Below, one piece after another: positions 59,730 through 64,000 of a stretch of 64,000 bases of DNA; the first letter of the stretch is position 1, and each line of letters opens with the position of its first letter. The position numbers and the translations under genes are program-made. Under the pieces are notes generated by a model that was not told where the DNA came from, did no database searches, and saw only the letters and a list, made by a program, of their open reading frames with translations. The stretch is from an uncultured bacterium. GTDB taxonomy: Bacteria > Acidobacteriota > HRBIN11 > JAKEFK01. Location: assembly GCA_963777505.1 (NCBI GenBank), contig CAVZQN010000004.1, positions 1,216,001 through 1,280,000 on the forward strand. The letters are read 5' to 3'.

Positions 59730-61608
59730 ATGCCTGAAAGAACCACTGCCGCGCGTGCCGCGACAGAAAACAGCAAGACCTACGACCAAGTACACCTATG
59801 ACTATGACCACCTCCCGCCCCTGGCGATGGTAGGTGCTGTGACTGAAGCAGAAGCGTTTTCCGCCCGGCCGGATTGGATTCATCTGGTCGCGCGCTCGGC
59901 ACTGAAGATTCTAATCAACAGCATCATGATCGGAGTCAAAAACAAGGGCGGACAATATCGAATTCGTTCAACAAGTGCTCAAAAATATTCAGGCCGTCGC
60001 TCAGCAACTGAACGGCGAAGCTGGGCGTGACCTGAATAACGCAATTGCCATGGAGTTAGAGAAGCAGGGTTCGCCGACTACGCTGCCTCAATTGAAAGCG
60101 CTGCTGGAAGTTGTAATAGAGCCGTTGGCGCAGACGCTCAACCTTAAAACTTTGTTGGACATCGCTCGGATCGTTCAGCAGTTGGGATCTGTTTCCGGTC
60201 CCGCTTCCAGCCTCGAAGATTACAACCAGGTGTTTCAGTTCATTTCATTGCCGGCGGTCAGCCAGAATTTTCGAGAGGATTCGGAGTTTGCCGCCATGCG
60301 GGTGGCTGGGCCGAATCCGTTAACAATCGAGCGGATGAAAACGCTGGACGAGCGACTGCCGATTACTGATGAACAGTATCAGGCGGTGATGGGGACCCAA
60401 GACACGCTGAAGACGGCGCTGGCTGACGGACGGCTTTATCTAGCCGATTATTCCGCGTTTGACGGAGCCGTAAACGGCAGTTTTCCGGCGGGACAGAAGT
60501 TCAACTATGCGCCACTGGCTTTGTTTGCGGTCCCGCGGGCGGACGATCGTTGGTTCCTGTGGCGATTCAGTGCGGGCCGCGGCCAGGCCCGGATAACCCG
60601 ATCTTCCTGCCGCGAGACGGCGATAACTGGTTGATGGCCAAAACCATAGTTCAGGTTGCGGATACCAATGTTCATCAAGCCGCTAGCCATCTTGGACGGA
60701 CGCATCTGTTCATCGAACCGTTCGTTATTGCTACGCACAACCAGTTGTCGCGCACGCATCCGCTCTTTCTTTTGCTCACGCCGCACTTTGAAGGCACGCT
60801 CGCAATCAACGAAGGTGCCTTGAGTCTGCTCGCGTCGCGAGGCCTTGTAGATTTGTTGCTGGCAAGTTCCATAGATCAGTCGCGAGTGTTCGCCGTGAAA
60901 GCCGCGCAGAGCTATCAGCTGAATCTCAACACTTCCACGCTGCCACAGACGCTGGCTCAACGCGGCGTGGACGACGCGAGCCGCTTGCCGGACTACCCCT
61001 ATCGGGACGATGCGCTGCTGCTCTGGGGTGCAATCAATCAATGGGTCGAAGACTACGTGAATCACTACTATGCGTCGGATGCAGCGGTGCAGGGCGATGC
61101 CGAGGTGCAGAATTGGGTGGCTGAGCTGGTCGCGCACGATGGCGGCAGATTGAACAACATCGGCGCGGCGAACAGGATCAGCAAGCGTACGGAATTGGTC
61201 GACTTGATCACGCTGATCTGTTTTACCGCCAGCGCGCAGCATGCTGCAGTGAACTTTCCGCAGGCTCCGCTTATGAGCTATCTGCCTGCGACGCCACCGG
61301 CGGGCTATTCGCCGTTGTCGTCCCTGACGCAGGAAGGCTTCAGTGAAAATGACTTCTTGAAATTCCTGCCACCATTGGATATTGCAAAGGCGCTGTTGGA
61401 CATTTTGTATCTATTGAGCTCGGTGTATTACACGAGACTGGGCGATTACGGCAACAATTACTTCACCGACCCGGTCATTCAGAATCACCTGGCGAAGTTC
61501 CAGCAAGAGTTGATCAAGATCGAAGCGGAGATCAATGAGCGGAACAAGACGCGGACGCCGTACGAATTTCTGCTGCCATCGAAGATTCCGCAGAGCATCA
61601 ATATTTGA
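59730..61608 (+). CDS. Lipoxygenase (about 3 frameshifts, near 59788, 59950 and 60538)
   Basis: AAGGAG RBS before ATG 59730. YDYDHLPPLAMV, FAAMRVAGPNP, WLMAK, HQAASHLGRTHL, HPLFLLLTPHF, AQHAAVNFPQ and C-terminal IPQSINI supply all iron ligands. Confidence 0.93.
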
Positions 61609-61700
61609 ACTATCCTCCGGCAGCGAATAATAGAGGAAGCTTTGATTAGGTATGAATCGGGAAGGTCGGGCATTGAATACCTTCGTAGGAACACGCAGTT

Positions 61701-61791
61701 GGAAGAGGACCCTGTCCCCGCCTAAGATTCGCAGCTCGATATTTTTGGGCCGAATGGGTTCGCATCTTAAGCGGGGACAGGGTCCCCTTCC
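61701..61791. repeat. Long imperfect inverted repeat (REP/MITE-like or terminator)
   Basis: GGAAGAGGACCCTGTCCCCGCCTAAGAT pairs with ATCTTAAGCGGGGACAGGGTCCCCTTCC over 28 bp with 2 mismatches. Confidence 0.7.
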
Positions 61792-61924
61792 TGACTGCAC
61801 GTTTCCCATGAGGTGAGTGCCAGCGTCCCATGACTTAATCAGAGCTTCCTGGAGTTATTACCCAACGCCGTAGGAATCGAGGTTAGCAGGCAAAGCGCTT
61901 GCAGATGCCAGGTCAGCCAGAAGG

Positions 61925-62995
61925 ATGGACACGATGCTCGCGTATCGACTGCTGAAAGCGCAGACTCAACCAGAGTTTCAGGACGTGCCGGATCCGCACG
62001 CAGGACCTGGTCAGGTGGTAGTTAAAGTCGCCGGCTCCGGCCTTTGCCATACCGATTTCACGGTCATCTCCGCGACCGAAACTATTGGAAGGACGATCCG
62101 CCGCCTTTCACGCTCGGGCACGAGATCGCTGGATGGGTGGAAGAGGTAGGAAGCGGAGTGAAGGGGTTTCAACGTGGCGATGCAGTCGCCGTGAACCCAT
62201 CATGGGCCAGTTGCGGACGCTGTCACATGTGCCGGTCAGGGGAAGAAAACTATTGCCTCTATCAGAAGGCGATTCGAGCTCCGGCGTCGGTTACGACGGA
62301 GGACACGCGCCATACGTCCTCGTTCCTGAGGCGAGATTTCTCGTGCCCATCGGCGACCTCGACCCGGTTGAGGCGGCGCCGCTTACCGATGCCGGACTAA
62401 CGACATACACCGCCATCAAGTCAGCGCTTCCTGGGATCTATCCGGGCAGCACCGCAGTCGTGATCGGCATCGGCGGGTTGGGATTCTACGCCATTCAATT
62501 TCTTACGGCAGCTGACTGGCGCACGAGTCGTCGCGGTCGTCTCGCGCGAATCCAAAGTGAAGCTGGCCCGGGAGTACGGCGCCGACGACGTCGTCACGAG
62601 TGGTCCTGACGCGGCGGACCAGATTCGCGGAGCTCACCGGCGGGATCGGGGCGGCCTTCGTCCTGGATTGTGTCGGGTGAAACGCAGACGCTTGCTACCG
62701 GGGTCGCCGCTCTGTCGTGGCGTGGTCGCCTGGCGATGGTCGGTGCGGGCGGTGGATCGATTCCGTTCGACTTCTTCAAGATGCCCCCGGGCGCGCAACT
62801 GGTGACGAGCTTGAACGGCGGGAGCTGTCGCGTTGAAGGAGGTTGTCGACATGGCGGCGTTGGGCCGGATCAAGATCTCTCGTGGATCGTTATCCCTCAA
62901 GCGCGGTAAAGCAGGCGTACGACGATTTCGAGCACGAACGTCTGGTCGGTCGAGCGGTCGTTATTCCCGAGGGAGTGGGAGCAGCCGCAGCGTAA
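61925..62995 (+). CDS. Zn-dependent alcohol dehydrogenase (multiple frameshifts)
   Basis: [22 protein letters not shown]...[20 protein letters not shown] and GRAVVIP motifs spread over several frames. Confidence 0.85.
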
Positions 62996-63029
62996 CGGCG
63001 AGATTCATGTACTGCAAGGAGGAAATGCA

Positions 63030-63894
63030 GTGAGTGCGCCCAAATCAGAATCAGAACGCCAACTGACTTTCGGGACGCTGAATGTACGCAACGAGAGGGC
63101 GGTCCTCTTCGTGGAAATTTCGGCTCCGCCCATGAATCTGGAAGGGCCCGAACTGGTTCGCGATCTCGTTTCGCTCATTCAGCAAGCGGAAGCTGACGAC
63201 ACCGTTCAAGTGCTCGTGTTCAAGAGCGCTGACCCGGATTACTTTATTTCCCATGTCGATGTTACGCGGATCAAAGAGAATCGAGCACGCCGCGGCGAAG
63301 CTGAACGGTGACGAATCAATAGGGCAACTGTATTGGCATCTGAGCGCCAGCCGCCTCGTCTCGATCGCGCAAATCGAAGGTCGGGTGCGCGGTGTGGGCA
63401 GCGAGTTTGTACTTGCGTGTGACATGCGTTTCGCCGCCCGTGAATCAGCCATCTTTGGTCAATTCGAACCCTCCTTTGGCGTGATTCCGGGCGCAGGTGG
63501 CGCCCAACATCTCACGCGGCTGATGGGCCGAGGCCGCTCGCTCGAAGTGATGTTGAGCGCACAAGACTACAACGCGGATTTAGCCGAACGGTATGGTTGG
63601 ATCAATCGCGCGTTACCGGCTGATGAGATCGACCAGTTCGTCAGCTCGCTGGCTCATCGGATCGGGAAGTTTCCGGCTGCCGGCCGCGCTGTGGTCAAGG
63701 AGCGAGTAAATGCAATCGCGCTTCCGACCGTTGAGGACATCCGTCGCGATTCGGATCTCTTCCTTGAGGGCACGCGCACGAATGAGTTCCTGGAACTCAC
63801 GAAGGCAGCGATGAGGCGCGGGTTCCAGACGAGAGACGGGGAGATAGATTTGGCTCGGTTGGTGGGAGAAATCAACGAACACCGTATTGGGTAA
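63030..63894 (+). CDS. Enoyl-CoA hydratase/isomerase family protein, frameshifted near 63280
   Basis: APPMNL, FKSADPDYFISHVD, GRVRGVGSEFVLACDMRFA and QFEPSFGVIPGAGG motifs. Confidence 0.9.
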
Positions 63895-63933
63895 ACCAGT
63901 GGCACACGCAACGAGTTAGATTAAGGAGCAGAC

Positions 63934-64000
63934 ATGTCCACAATTCACTTCAAAAAGATAACCACCGCGACGCCAGAGCAATTCATCGCCGGACTCACCG
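63934..64000 (+). CDS. Start of a hypothetical (possibly SRPBCC/cyclase-like) protein, runs off the window
   Basis: AAGGAG RBS, then MSTIHFKKITTATPEQFIAGLT... Confidence 0.55.
   Translation, partial: MSTIHFKKITTATPEQFIAGLT

Noticed and set aside
58471-61608. A single catalase-LOX fusion protein as in coral or Anabaena
   Set aside because: The catalase-like frame ends in TAG at 59630, and LOX has its own AAGGAG RBS and ATG at 59730 after a ~100-bp spacer. Two genes is the simpler reading.
56510-63911. Numerous long antisense or overlapping ORFs in the GC-rich segment (e.g. 57013..57471, 57158..57703, 60505..61242)
   Set aside because: They are shadow frames of well-supported genes, expected at high GC, and carry no motifs.
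1-64000. CRISPR array, rRNA, tRNA (including selC), transposase or integrase
   Set aside because: I recognised no regularly spaced repeats, RNA-gene signatures or recombinase motifs by eye. A covariance-model search would be needed to exclude small RNAs.

Overview
Bacterial accessory region, probably from an Acidobacteriota genome (VWFA-type protein and 'GQTISHY...GGGGMG' Ser/Thr kinase-TPR genes; inference). The backbone is AT-leaning, with GC-richer inserts at about 50.0-52.6 kb and 56.7-64 kb. In order it holds: the 3' part of katE and a thioredoxin-reductase-like gene; an HTTM-like gene pair; a NarX/NarL-type two-component system; a 12.6-kb minus-strand sulfatase/FGE/HAD/PPK2 operon; a MASE1-PAS kinase; two ArsR-SRPBCC modules; mug, YHS, DUF899, amidohydrolase and VWA genes; a Ser/Thr kinase with an internally deleted tandem copy; a CocE hydrolase; an arsR-arsC-aquaporin-arsI-sigZ operon; a MASE1-PAS-GGDEF gene; several hydrolases; a direct-repeat-flanked redox islet; and a lipoxygenase/catalase-like/epoxide-hydrolase cluster. 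The top findings are: (1) a 98-aa AhpD/CMD-like selenoprotein missing from the ORF track (CYPU with in-frame UGA plus a SECIS-like hairpin) directly behind the ars-sigZ operon; (2) a candidate oxylipin pathway (catalase-related hemoprotein plus lipoxygenase, divergent epoxide hydrolase, ADH, enoyl-CoA hydratase); (3) a DosR-box-like palindrome GGACT-WW-AGTCC shared by three promoter regions, including the oxylipin cluster. About a dozen genes carry single-base frameshifts, which look like assembly indels rather than real decay. No rRNA, tRNA, CRISPR array or transposase was recognised. All family calls come from motif recognition by eye, not from database searches.
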